From: an uncultured bacterium
GTDB lineage: Bacteria; CSSED10-310; CAZUFC01
Reading direction: 5' to 3'
DNA: 61,430 nt
Assembly (NCBI GenBank): GCA_964619725.1
Contig: CAZUFC010000033.1
Span: forward strand, 5,276 to 66,705
The notes beneath the pieces are model-generated. The model was not told the DNA's origin, did no database searches, and saw only the letters and a program-made list of their open reading frames with translations. Shown here in pieces: positions 20,504 through 29,610 of this stretch. The position numbers were made by a program, and so were the translations under genes. How positions within the stretch are numbered: position 1 is the first letter of the stretch; each line of letters starts with the position of its first letter.

Positions 20504-22879
20504 TCAATTGGACTTTCTTTTTATCAATGCGAAAAAGATAAGAAGCATCAAGGAAAGCCCTATTTTTGAAACGGTTGGAATTTTGACGGGATGAGTCGGC
20601 GTAGGCGTGCTGAGCGGAGTTACCACGCTGGTCGGCGTTTTGGACGGGGTATATTCAGGCGTGATAGTCGGTCGAGGCTCATGCGTATAAAACGGCGTTT
20701 CCGTAGCCGTAAAGGGCGTATCGGTGATTGTGGGAGAAGGCGTTACGGTCGGAGAAAGCGTCGGCGTCATTGTAGCGGTGGGGTGAACTATAACGACGGT
20801 CAGCTCGTCCTGCCGTTCTGTCTGACAGGCTGATACCCTGGCTCGCACCTTGAACTGCTCATCTCTCAAATGCGTTACCGTAAAAGTCGATCCTGTCCAG
20901 GGTTCATTCTGTATTGTGGAATTGAGTCCTGACTGGCTGTAATTTTGTGCGTTCCATTCCTGCTGTCCGGTAACGACGAACCAGTCGATGCTGCCCGCCA
21001 ATCCCTGCCATAGGGCATTTCCCGTAATCTGTGCGGTAAAAACGACCTGTTCGTTGTAATTGAAGCCTTCACCTTCATCCGGATCGGTAATCTCCACCCC
21101 GATGTCGTCCGCTGGAACGAAATTGCCCGAACGCGTCCAGTTATTGCAATTGTCTTTTATCCGCAACCTGACGCTCTCATATTCCAGGAATTCACATCCC
21201 GCCAGGAGTATCCAGCAGGAAAATTCTCCGTGGGGCGAACCGTCAATGGGCAAAGCCGGGTCCGGCGGCCAGTGCAATCCTCCGATCTCGCTGGGCCAGG
21301 GTTCGCCGTATTCATATTGAGCTACAGGCGATTTATCCACGTAATAAAAATGCATCAGTTCATCATCCAGGCAGACACGAGCGCCCGGTTCCGTTTCCAT
21401 ATCAATTGAAAGCATGTGATGCAAAAAACGCCCCTGGTCGGTCGAGGGGTCTTCCGCCTTAACGATTATGACTATGCCGCCGGGATTCTCCTGAAGCCAA
21501 TCCTCCATATGCTGACCTCGCCGAGTCCAGTAATAATCCCAGTGATTCGAAACGGAACCGTCGCCGTTATAAACCTGGCCGCCCATTGCCGCCAGCGAAG
21601 GCAACAACTCATCCTGCACGTAATCGTTCAGCTCTTCACCCGGCATAACCGCAAAATTGTTCGTAGGAATTCCGTTTGAATCGACAAAAACCGGACAGGT
21701 GTGGTCCACGAGCAGCGATTCATCCATGTTCCATCCCTTGGATTCATATCCGTAAGGATCATTCGGATCGCATTCATAACAGTCGATCCTGACTTCCCAA
21801 AGATAATTCAATCCCGCGTCCGTACAAAGACTCGGCGGATAATAACCGTACGCCCTGGGATAATGCTCCAGGTGATAACTCGGATATCCCACTCCCTTAT
21901 AGCCCGTGTTATCGTCGTTATACCACAGAGTATCCGCTTGCGCACTCCAGTTCGTCAACGGATCGAGATGACCCTCGCCGATCCAGTTGAAATGAACGCA
22001 TACGTAAGTAAAACACTCCCACCAGGGCGTATACCAGGGAAAATCGTCGTCTCCATCAAAATTGCTTTCAGCATCCAATACCTTGCGCTCTTCCCCTTCA
22101 ACCGAAGCGTAATGATGCATCTTTACCGTCCAATCACCCGAAAAACAGGTGTCGATCTCGCCTACGTCACCCTTGTCACAACCATAGTCTTTAGAAACTC
22201 CCGATGCCTCTTTGAACAATTTCCCCCTCAGCTCCCCTAAACTCGAATGAAATATAACCTCCGGCGATACTCCGCTTTTCCGTAAGCCGGACAAGTCCTC
22301 CAGGAGAATTCCGTCACCTGTTTCAAGCCTGATTAGACTGCCGTCATACAACACCGCTACACTCTCGATTATCCTATCCATATTGCGCAGATTCCACCTC
22401 TCCTCATCTCCCAGTTCCTCTGCCGCTAAAGAACGCTCCAGATCAGCATAAAGATATCCGTCTTGAAGCCCTATCCCGATATCCATCCGCGGCAATCGAT
22501 CCAATACCTCAAATTCAAACCGGCAAATCGATTCATAAGCCGCGCTTACCGCCGTCAGGCAAATAGTATGAACCCCGGCTTCCAACTCCTTTACCTCAGC
22601 TTTCAAAAGAATCCCGTCAAATGAAAATGCCTTCCGTATCCCGTCAACCGTCAAAAAAACCTCAACAGGATCATCATTGGGTTGAAGTTTTCTCAGTTCA
22701 GCCGTAAAATTGAAGGAACCGGATAAAATCGCAGGAATGCCTGTCCGGCCATTGTCCGCCAGCCCAGACGGTTCTTTCAGTTCCCATTGGAAATGACGAT
22801 CCATTCCCCGGGACGAATGAACAGTAAATATAACTGAAAAAAACAAAGCCAGAAAAACGATCCGTGACCTTCCCTTCAT
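20504..22879 (-). CDS. Secreted protein with P/T linker and IPTL-CTERM-type sorting signal
   Basis: Signal peptide; C-terminus IPTVSKIGLSLMLLIFFALIKRKSN (IPT motif, transmembrane helix, basic tail). Confidence 0.75.
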   Translation of the reverse strand: MKGRSRIVFLALFFSVIFTVHSSRGMDRHFQWELKEPSGLADNGRTGIPAILSGSFNFTAELRKLQPNDDPVEVFLTVDGIRKAFSFDGILLKAEVKELEAGVHTICLTAVSAAYESICRFEFEVLDRLPRMDIGIGLQDGYLYADLERSLAAEELGDEERWNLRNMDRIIESVAVLYDGSLIRLETGDGILLEDLSGLRKSGVSPEVIFHSSLGELRGKLFKEASGVSKDYGCDKGDVGEIDTCFSGDWTVKMHHYASVEGEERKVLDAESNFDGDDDFPWYTPWWECFTYVCVHFNWIGEGHLDPLTNWSAQADTLWYNDDNTGYKGVGYPSYHLEHYPRAYGYYPPSLCTDAGLNYLWEVRIDCYECDPNDPYGYESKGWNMDESLLVDHTCPVFVDSNGIPTNNFAVMPGEELNDYVQDELLPSLAAMGGQVYNGDGSVSNHWDYYWTRRGQHMEDWLQENPGGIVIIVKAEDPSTDQGRFLHHMLSIDMETEPGARVCLDDELMHFYYVDKSPVAQYEYGEPWPSEIGGLHWPPDPALPIDGSPHGEFSCWILLAGCEFLEYESVRLRIKDNCNNWTRSGNFVPADDIGVEITDPDEGEGFNYNEQVVFTAQITGNALWQGLAGSIDWFVVTGQQEWNAQNYSQSGLNSTIQNEPWTGSTFTVTHLRDEQFKVRARVSACQTERQDELTVVIVHPTATMTPTLSPTVTPSPTITDTPFTATETPFYTHEPRPTITPEYTPSKTPTSVVTPLSTPTPTHPVKIPTVSKIGLSLMLLIFFALIKRKSN

Positions 22880-23078
22880 TATTGGTCCTCCCCTCTGTTA
22901 AACAACCCATTCATTAAAAAGCGTCAGTTTTCCGCACAGCGAGAAGTCTTCGCATCAGCCATAGCTTTTGTTTTAATTATAAGTAATTTTCCGGCGTTTA
23001 TCAAAATTAAGAGCAGATTCAAATAAAAAATAAAGACAAAAGAATCCGCAGCAAAAACCGATAAATCTAATGCTCAAG

Positions 23079-23158
23079 GTCCCTGGCGTCCCTTTGGTCC
23101 TTTCGGTCCTGTACGTCCCTTTGGTCCCTTTGGTCCTTTACGTCCCTTTGTCCCTTAA
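23079..23158. repeat. Intergenic 9-bp tandem repeat GTCCYTNNN, about 9 units
   Basis: gtccctggc gtccctttg gtcctttcg gtcctgtac gtccctttg gtccctttg gtcctttac gtcccttt gtcccttaa. Confidence 0.9.
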
Positions 23159-23238
23159 TTTCCCTTATTCCATACCGCACTGCAACGAAAAAAATTTAAA
23201 ACTTTATTACCTTATTTCCCTGCAGTGCGGCTTCCTTT

Positions 23239-23451
23239 TTATTCCTTCTCTGATTCCGGGAGAGGCTCGTGGGCTTTTCTTCCGTAAACCTTCTCGTATG
23301 CTTTGCAGTAAGGACAGAAACCTCTTTCAATAAACTTCACAAACCAGAAGGCCAGACCTTTCTGTTTTTCACGCGCCTTGCTGCAAACCGGACATTCCAG
23401 ACATTTTTGGGCGTTGGCCCTGTCTTGCTCCGTAATTTCCATGGCATTCAT
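23239..23451 (-). CDS. Small Cys-rich hypothetical protein
   Basis: CLECPVC..CPYCKAYE; GAAAGGA RBS upstream; follows the Nqr-like operon. Confidence 0.7.
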   Translation of the reverse strand: MNAMEITEQDRANAQKCLECPVCSKAREKQKGLAFWFVKFIERGFCPYCKAYEKVYGRKAHEPLPESEKE

Positions 23452-23519
23452 GAAAACTTCATCCTTTCACTTCTGATAATAAAAACAAAGAACTCGACTG
23501 AAATAAGCTCATTAATCAT

Positions 23520-23996
23520 TCAATCTTTGTCGCGCTGCTCTTCCTCATCAAAGATAATATCGATCAGATCACCGGGTTCGAGACGAAATTTAGAACCTTT
23601 TCCTTCAAAGAACCCGTGTTCCTCAATGAGATGAATATTCAGGTCAGACCATCTTATGGAACGATTCAATTCAGTATTTTCGACGGTGGTTATTCTTTTA
23701 GCGAAACGGCCGGGATGCGGCCAGGGACAGACCAGTATCCCGGGAAAATCTTCCACGGTAATTTTCAAGGCTCCGCGTTCAGCCGGAATGCCCATGTAAG
23801 GGGTAGCCAGCACGGTAAGTTCACGCATTCGTTCAGCGATCTGTTCAAGCGTATAACCTCTTATGCTGAGAATTTCCAGGTCAGCGGCTATGATTTCCTG
23901 GAAAGTCCTGACGTCGTTTCCCATGAAGCCGCCTGAAACCAGCTTGGACGACTTCAACATTTCATTCAGGATTGAATCTTTACGTGATTGTTCCAT
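23520..23996 (-). CDS. Conserved hypothetical protein cotranscribed with the Nqr-like operon
   Basis: GFMGND, CPWPHPG, HLIEEHGFFEGKGSKFRLEP. Start reassigned to MEQSRK. Confidence 0.75.
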   Translation of the reverse strand: MEQSRKDSILNEMLKSSKLVSGGFMGNDVRTFQEIIAADLEILSIRGYTLEQIAERMRELTVLATPYMGIPAERGALKITVEDFPGILVCPWPHPGRFAKRITTVENTELNRSIRWSDLNIHLIEEHGFFEGKGSKFRLEPGDLIDIIFDEEEQRDKD

Positions 23997-24015
23997 AATC
24001 GACGCCTTTGCATGA

Positions 24016-25116
24016 TTATTCGAATTTATCGTAATAAATTTTTTCATCCGTAATGCCGAGTTTTTTCAGTATTTCGATTGAGGCGTTCAGCATACCAGGA
24101 CTGCCGCACAAATAGCCTTCGTGACCCTCGGCATTATCAAAATGCCTCTCCAGCGCTTCTGTGACCAGTCCTCTTTCGCCCTCCCATCCGTCGTCTTCTT
24201 CCTGGCTGCCTACCACGGGGACGAACTTAAAATCATGTAGGTTCTCTTCGAAACGTTTCATTTCATCGAGAAGGAACAGATCATTGACGGTCCTGGCGCC
24301 GAAGAAATAAACGGCTTTTCTTTTATTTTGCGTATTTTGCATATGGTGCAGGATGCATTTGATGGGAGCCATGCCCGATCCGCCGGCGATAAAGATCATA
24401 GGGGCATCGGTATCGGTCAGTTGAAATTCGCCGTAGGGCCCGTTGAAGCGCACCTTTTTTCCCTCTTCGAAATGCTCAAAATAATAAGTGGTGCATTTGC
24501 CTCCGGGAACCAACCGCATGATGATTTCCACAGCATCTTTTTCAGCGGGATCGGAAGAAATAGAATAAGCCCGGAATACTTCATCCTTACTCTCTTTATA
24601 AGGGGGCGTAAGAAGCTGTATAAACTGTCCCGGAACATATTCTATGGTGGGAGGGTCGATCAATTCGAAACGGAACTGTTTTATGTCATGAGTCAGGTCC
24701 AGGATTTTCGTGCACCGGCATGTGAATTCTTTCACGAAAAGAAGTTCAGGCGGAATTTCGATAGCGATGTCATTTCTCACTTTAACCATGCAGGAAAGAC
24801 GAATGCCCTCCTCTTTTTGTTGAGCGTCCAGGAAGGGTTCTTCGGTAGGCATAAGGGGACCGGCGCCTTCCAAAACTTTTACTTTACACAGTCCGCAGGT
24901 GCCTTTTCCGCCGCAGGCGCTGGGAATGAATATCTTTTCTCCGACCAGCGTTTCCAAAAGAGTGGCTCCGCCATTAACGGTAAATTTCTTTTCTTTGTTG
25001 ACGGTAATGTCGCACTCGCCGTAATCGGCTATGTATCTCTCAGAAACCGTTAAAACCGCAGCCAAACCCGAACCGATAAGGCTGATCACGAAAACAGCAA
25101 AAACAGTGGAAAACAT
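24016..25116 (-). CDS. nqrF: NqrF-like [2Fe-2S]/FAD/NAD(H) oxidoreductase with N-terminal membrane anchor
   Basis: IPSACGGKGTCGLC..RLSC, RAYSISS, GGSGMAP, YLCGSPGM. Confidence 0.85.
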   Translation of the reverse strand: MFSTVFAVFVISLIGSGLAAVLTVSERYIADYGECDITVNKEKKFTVNGGATLLETLVGEKIFIPSACGGKGTCGLCKVKVLEGAGPLMPTEEPFLDAQQKEEGIRLSCMVKVRNDIAIEIPPELLFVKEFTCRCTKILDLTHDIKQFRFELIDPPTIEYVPGQFIQLLTPPYKESKDEVFRAYSISSDPAEKDAVEIIMRLVPGGKCTTYYFEHFEEGKKVRFNGPYGEFQLTDTDAPMIFIAGGSGMAPIKCILHHMQNTQNKRKAVYFFGARTVNDLFLLDEMKRFEENLHDFKFVPVVGSQEEDDGWEGERGLVTEALERHFDNAEGHEGYLCGSPGMLNASIEILKKLGITDEKIYYDKFE

Positions 25117-25137
25117 CCCTCGACTCCAATAAAAAAA

Positions 25138-25740
25138 TTATCCGCCCTGCAGTACGCCCGTGAATCCAATAAAAGCCAGCGCCATCATGCCGGCGATGAT
25201 AAGCGATATGCCCGGTCCCTGTAATCCCTGGGGAATGCGGTTATTGACCAATCTCTGTCTTATTCCGGCCAGGGCCGTAATGGCCAGCAGCCAGCCCACA
25301 CCGCTGCCGAACCCGTATCCTATCGTCGTTATAAAGGAATATTCTCGGATCACCATAAACAGCGAAGCCCCCAGAATAGCACAATTGACCGTAATCAACG
25401 GCAGAAAGATGCCGAGATTCTGATAAAGCACGGGTGAAAATCTTTCCAGCGTCATTTCCACGAATTGAACGAATGTGGCTATAATAATAATGAAAAGTAT
25501 AAAACGGAAAAATTCAAGCTCCAGCGGCTCCAGAACATAATAATAAGCTACCCAGTTCAGAGCGCATGTAAAAGTTATAACGAAAACCACCGCCAACCCC
25601 AGCCCGAAAGCGGTTTTTATTTCGCGGGAAACGGAAAGGAAAGGGCATAAACCCAGAAAATAACTGAGCACCATATTGCCGGTGAAAATCGCAGAAAAAC
25701 TGACCACGGCGGCATGGAGAAATTCGGCTCCCAGGTTCAT
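25138..25740 (-). CDS. nqrE: NqrE/RnfA-like membrane subunit
   Basis: FLGLCPFLSVS, LGIFLPLITVNCAILG. Confidence 0.85.
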   Translation of the reverse strand: MNLGAEFLHAAVVSFSAIFTGNMVLSYFLGLCPFLSVSREIKTAFGLGLAVVFVITFTCALNWVAYYYVLEPLELEFFRFILFIIIIATFVQFVEMTLERFSPVLYQNLGIFLPLITVNCAILGASLFMVIREYSFITTIGYGFGSGVGWLLAITALAGIRQRLVNNRIPQGLQGPGISLIIAGMMALAFIGFTGVLQGG

Positions 25741-26360
25741 TTCGATTTTTCCTCCCGTTTGATCTGAAGCGTTCTGAAAAACCAGACGTTAAGCGCCAGC
25801 ATGAAGAAAGCTCCCGGCGGCATCACCATAATGACCCATTTGTCCCAGGTCGTTGCAAAGAAGGGAATAGGAACGCCGAGTATAGTGCCCATACCGAGCA
25901 GCTCGCGGAAGATCGAGATGTTCAGCAGCACGAAGGAGTAACCCAGGCCGCTGAAAAGACCGTCCAGAAGCGACGGAACCGGCGGATTGGAATTGGCGAA
26001 AGCTTCGCATCTGCCCATTATGATGCAGTTGGTTATGATAAGACCCACATAAGGCCCCAGGTTACGGCTCATTTCCGGCCAGAACGCCTTTAAAAACAGG
26101 TCCACGATAATAACGTAGAAAGCTATTATGAGCGTTTCCACCATCATGCGTATTCGGCGGGGAGTCCAGTTCCTTAATAACGATACCGTCAGGCAGCTCA
26201 AGGTAGTAGTCAGCGTCAGGGCAATCGACATAACCAGCGTATTCAACACAAGATTGGTGACGGCCAGGGCGCTGCATATTCCCAACACTTGCCGGAAAAT
26301 CGGGTTGTTGCGCCACAAACTTTCGCCGGCGAGGTCCTTAAGCTTTTTTCCCGGCGCCAT
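25737..26360 (-). CDS. nqrD: NqrD/RnfE-like membrane subunit
   Basis: NPIFRQVLGICSALAVT, YVGLIITNCIIMGRCEAFA. Confidence 0.87.
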   Translation of the reverse strand: MAPGKKLKDLAGESLWRNNPIFRQVLGICSALAVTNLVLNTLVMSIALTLTTTLSCLTVSLLRNWTPRRIRMMVETLIIAFYVIIVDLFLKAFWPEMSRNLGPYVGLIITNCIIMGRCEAFANSNPPVPSLLDGLFSGLGYSFVLLNISIFRELLGMGTILGVPIPFFATTWDKWVIMVMPPGAFFMLALNVWFFRTLQIKREEKSK

Positions 26361-26974
26361 TAATCGCCTCCTTGCATCTTTTTCAGCCAGTTTTGTATGT
26401 CGTTGTTGACGAATTTTTCAAGCCTGGAGCATGTCTGAGTCGCTCCGGTAATGGCGTGCACTTCATTTTCAGCGGTTTCTCCTGCGCCGCGACTGATGAT
26501 AAGCGGCTTACCCGTAAGGTCTATTATTAATCCTTCAAATCGATTTCTGAAATCAGGCTTCACGATTTCTCCGCCCAATCCGGGCGTTTCGTTCTGCTCA
26601 TAAAAATCGATCCCTCTGATGGTCTTTTTGTCGGAACGAAAACCGACCACTCCCTTAATAGGCGCCCAGAATCCCTGCCCCTCAACCGGCAGAGCGTAAC
26701 CTGTAATATTTCCGTTTTTCTCCGAAGTGTAAGCGCCGCCCGTTTCCTCCGTAGGTTCATTCACCCGGTCGACGAAAGCACGGTGTAATTCCAGGTTAGT
26801 GGGGTCTTCCGGCAAATCGACCGGCAGAACGTTCAGGACGGCTTTCTCAAATTGCAATTGCTGATTGGCCTCAACCTGCTCCCTGGTCATCCGCGAAAAA
26901 CCGATCAGGATGGAGCTGAAAAAAGCCGTAACAACGAACATATAAACGACGGCAAACCAGGGCTTGTTTCTCAT
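26360..26974 (-). CDS. nqrC: NqrC/RnfG-like FMN-binding subunit
   Basis: GQGFWAPIKG, ETPGLGGEI, and the ITGAT flavinylation motif. Confidence 0.87.
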   Translation of the reverse strand: MRNKPWFAVVYMFVVTAFFSSILIGFSRMTREQVEANQQLQFEKAVLNVLPVDLPEDPTNLELHRAFVDRVNEPTEETGGAYTSEKNGNITGYALPVEGQGFWAPIKGVVGFRSDKKTIRGIDFYEQNETPGLGGEIVKPDFRNRFEGLIIDLTGKPLIISRGAGETAENEVHAITGATQTCSRLEKFVNNDIQNWLKKMQGGD

Positions 26975-27981
26975 GCCGATGCCCCTTTCGCTTCAGCGCC
27001 GCTCGATGCCGCCGCAGATGCAGCCGCTTTCTTTTTCGCCGCTCTCTGACGTACCAGATGATCTATGATGGGCGCTGACATGTTCCCCAGCAGGATAGAA
27101 AACATCAGCCCCCCGTTGAATATCGAATAATTCCGTATGACGGTGGTTCCGACAGCGATGATCATGCCGTAATACACCTGCGCCGGCTTGGTGCGAGGCG
27201 AACTGATCGGATCGGTGGCGATGTAAAAAGCGCCGAAAAGAAATCCTCCTCCCAGCACAGAATATTGAGCGCCGTAGAAACCCTCCACTCCCAAAAGAAA
27301 CAGCAGTTCATTCAGTACGGCATACGTTATGACGGTCGAAAGGATCGTATGACGGCTGGCCGTTTTGGTGTAAAAAAGATATATCCCGCCGATCAGAAGC
27401 AGCAGAGCGCTGGTGGCGCCCATCGTTCCGCTTATGCGGCCGAAAAATAAATCCTTGACCTCCGGCAGACGTCCTTCCAGCTTCATCTCTGCCATCGGCG
27501 TAGCCGACGTGACGGCATCAGGCGTCGCTACCGTATCCCACTGGTCGAATCCTCCCAGGGGTCCCTGAGCTGCAGGCGACCACACAGCCGTCAAAGCTAT
27601 GGGAAAACAAATATAAACGAAACAACGTCCTGCCATGGCCGGATTGAATATGTTCCTTCCGAATCCTCCGAATATTTCCTTGGTTATTATTACCGAAAAT
27701 AAAACTCCGATGATCAGCACATGCCAGGGTACCGTCGGCGGCATCAGCAACGCATAAATTATCGCTGTCACGAAAACCGCTTCGCTGACCGGTTCGTTTC
27801 GCTTCCGGCAGAAGAGATATTCAGCGATAAAAGCGGTCAGACAGGAAACGGCCAGCAATCCTAAAGCACGCCATCCGAAAAAATAAATCGACCCCGCCAT
27901 AAGGGGAATCATAGCCTTGATCATTCTTCGCATCATGACCTGTTTCAATAATAACTTTCTCTTTTTGCCTTTCGCAGCCAT
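26971..27981 (-). CDS. nqrB: NqrB/RnfD-like membrane FMN subunit (short form)
   Basis: KEIFGGFGRNIFNPAMAGR, DAVTSATP flavinylation motif, ATDPISSP. Confidence 0.87.
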   Translation of the reverse strand: MAAKGKKRKLLLKQVMMRRMIKAMIPLMAGSIYFFGWRALGLLAVSCLTAFIAEYLFCRKRNEPVSEAVFVTAIIYALLMPPTVPWHVLIIGVLFSVIITKEIFGGFGRNIFNPAMAGRCFVYICFPIALTAVWSPAAQGPLGGFDQWDTVATPDAVTSATPMAEMKLEGRLPEVKDLFFGRISGTMGATSALLLLIGGIYLFYTKTASRHTILSTVITYAVLNELLFLLGVEGFYGAQYSVLGGGFLFGAFYIATDPISSPRTKPAQVYYGMIIAVGTTVIRNYSIFNGGLMFSILLGNMSAPIIDHLVRQRAAKKKAAASAAASSGAEAKGASA

Positions 27982-28173
27982 GATCTCCCATCGGATGAAA
28001 AATTTTGTCGTATCCGTCCACTGACCTATTATGCCCTATTTTTTTTTATTGTCAAATGACTCCATGATTAATAGTATTGGTTTTCGTGCGGCGCCGGGGC
28101 TAAAACCGCTGCCGACAGGCCCGAAAAACGGGTCGGCGGCCTATATTCCCGGCGAAAACCCAAAGGAGGCGCG

Positions 28174-29544
28174 ATGAACCAAAGAACCGATTTTTCTTTT
28201 ATACTTATCACCGTTGTCATATTATTCGCAGCACAACCGGTAATGGGCGGGATCGACCTTCCTGTCGAAGAGCATTTCTTAAGCAACGGCATGAAGGTAA
28301 TAACCGTGGAAAGATCTGAAACTCCGGTTGTAAGCATGGCCCTGTATTACCGCGTGGGTTCCATCGACGAAAAAGAAGGAAAAACAGGGATAGCTCATTA
28401 TTGCGAGCACATGATGTTCAAGTCGACTAGACATTTGAGCGGCGAACAGTACAGCCGTCTGATGGGCGCATCAGGCGGAGGTCACAGCAACGCCAACACA
28501 TCGAGCGACAGGACATGCTATCATGCTACGATACCGCCGGACCGTCTGGAATTGCTGATACGTCTGGAAGCGGAGCGGATGGGTTATCTCGAACCGACAC
28601 GCGAGGAAGCGGCCAGGGAACTTGAAGTAGTGCTGGAAGAGCTGCGTTTGAACTACATCGACGATCCCGGCGGCAAGCTGAGGTGGGAATTATATAATCA
28701 CGCCTTTGAAAAGCATCCTTATAAAACCGTCACCATAGGCCGGCTGGAAGATGTGGAAAGTATAACTTATGAAGATTTAATGGAATTCCAGCGGAAATAT
28801 TACGCACCGGCCAATGCTTTCGCTGTCGTCGTCGGCAATTTTGAAATCGAGCGCCTTCTCGAACTCATGGAAACCTTTTTCGGATCGCTTCCATCCGGAC
28901 AAACCTCTAAAAGAAATTATCCCCTCGAACCTGAACAGACAAAAGAAAAAAGATTTAAAATAATAATGCCCGTTCGTTCCCCCTACTACCTGTCCGGATA
29001 CAAAGCCCCGCCGGCTTCCCACCCCGACAATCTCGCGCTGCAAGCTCTCTGTTCCATTCTCTCCCGGGGCGGCTCTTCGCCCTTCGGCCGACTCTCCCAG
29101 GGCGAAGGCCCGGTCGCCATGTATGCATATGCCTGGTGCCGGGCTTCCCTGGACCCCGATCTGCTCCTCGTCGGCGGAAGACCCTTGCCGGGAGTCTCCG
29201 TCGAAGAACTGGAAGCTCGCATGCAAAAAGAAATCGAAAGAATCATCCGGGAAGGCGTCACGGAAAAAGAACTGGAAAGAGCCAGAACTCAGATACTGGC
29301 CGAAGACGTCTACGCTATGCAATCTACCATGGGCATCGCGTTTAATCTGGGCGAAGCTGAAATCGTGAATACCTGGAAAGATGCGCTTACTCTTGAAGAA
29401 CGACTGAATTCATTAACGATCCGGGATATTCAAGAAGTCGCCGACCGCTATCTGCAGACGGAAAAACGCACTGTCGGAGTCGTAGTTCCCGGTCAATCGG
29501 AAAACGATGCAACCCCCGGCAGAAATCTGAACATCAATGAATAA
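28174..29544 (+). CDS. M16 zinc peptidase, catalytic subunit, secreted
   Basis: GIAHYCEHMMFK (HxxEH), NANTSSDRTCY, signal peptide, AAAGGAGG RBS. Confidence 0.92.
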   Translation: MNQRTDFSFILITVVILFAAQPVMGGIDLPVEEHFLSNGMKVITVERSETPVVSMALYYRVGSIDEKEGKTGIAHYCEHMMFKSTRHLSGEQYSRLMGASGGGHSNANTSSDRTCYHATIPPDRLELLIRLEAERMGYLEPTREEAARELEVVLEELRLNYIDDPGGKLRWELYNHAFEKHPYKTVTIGRLEDVESITYEDLMEFQRKYYAPANAFAVVVGNFEIERLLELMETFFGSLPSGQTSKRNYPLEPEQTKEKRFKIIMPVRSPYYLSGYKAPPASHPDNLALQALCSILSRGGSSPFGRLSQGEGPVAMYAYAWCRASLDPDLLLVGGRPLPGVSVEELEARMQKEIERIIREGVTEKELERARTQILAEDVYAMQSTMGIAFNLGEAEIVNTWKDALTLEERLNSLTIRDIQEVADRYLQTEKRTVGVVVPGQSENDATPGRNLNINE

Positions 29545-29610
29545 ACCGCCGCCTGAAAAACGGGCTTATCACTTTTCCTTTCGCCCGAATCGTTACACGG
29601 AGGAATAGCA

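Noticed and set aside
28108-28140. SRP RNA-like CAGG-stem-loop
   Set aside because: It lacks the conserved AGCAG strand of SRP domain IV.
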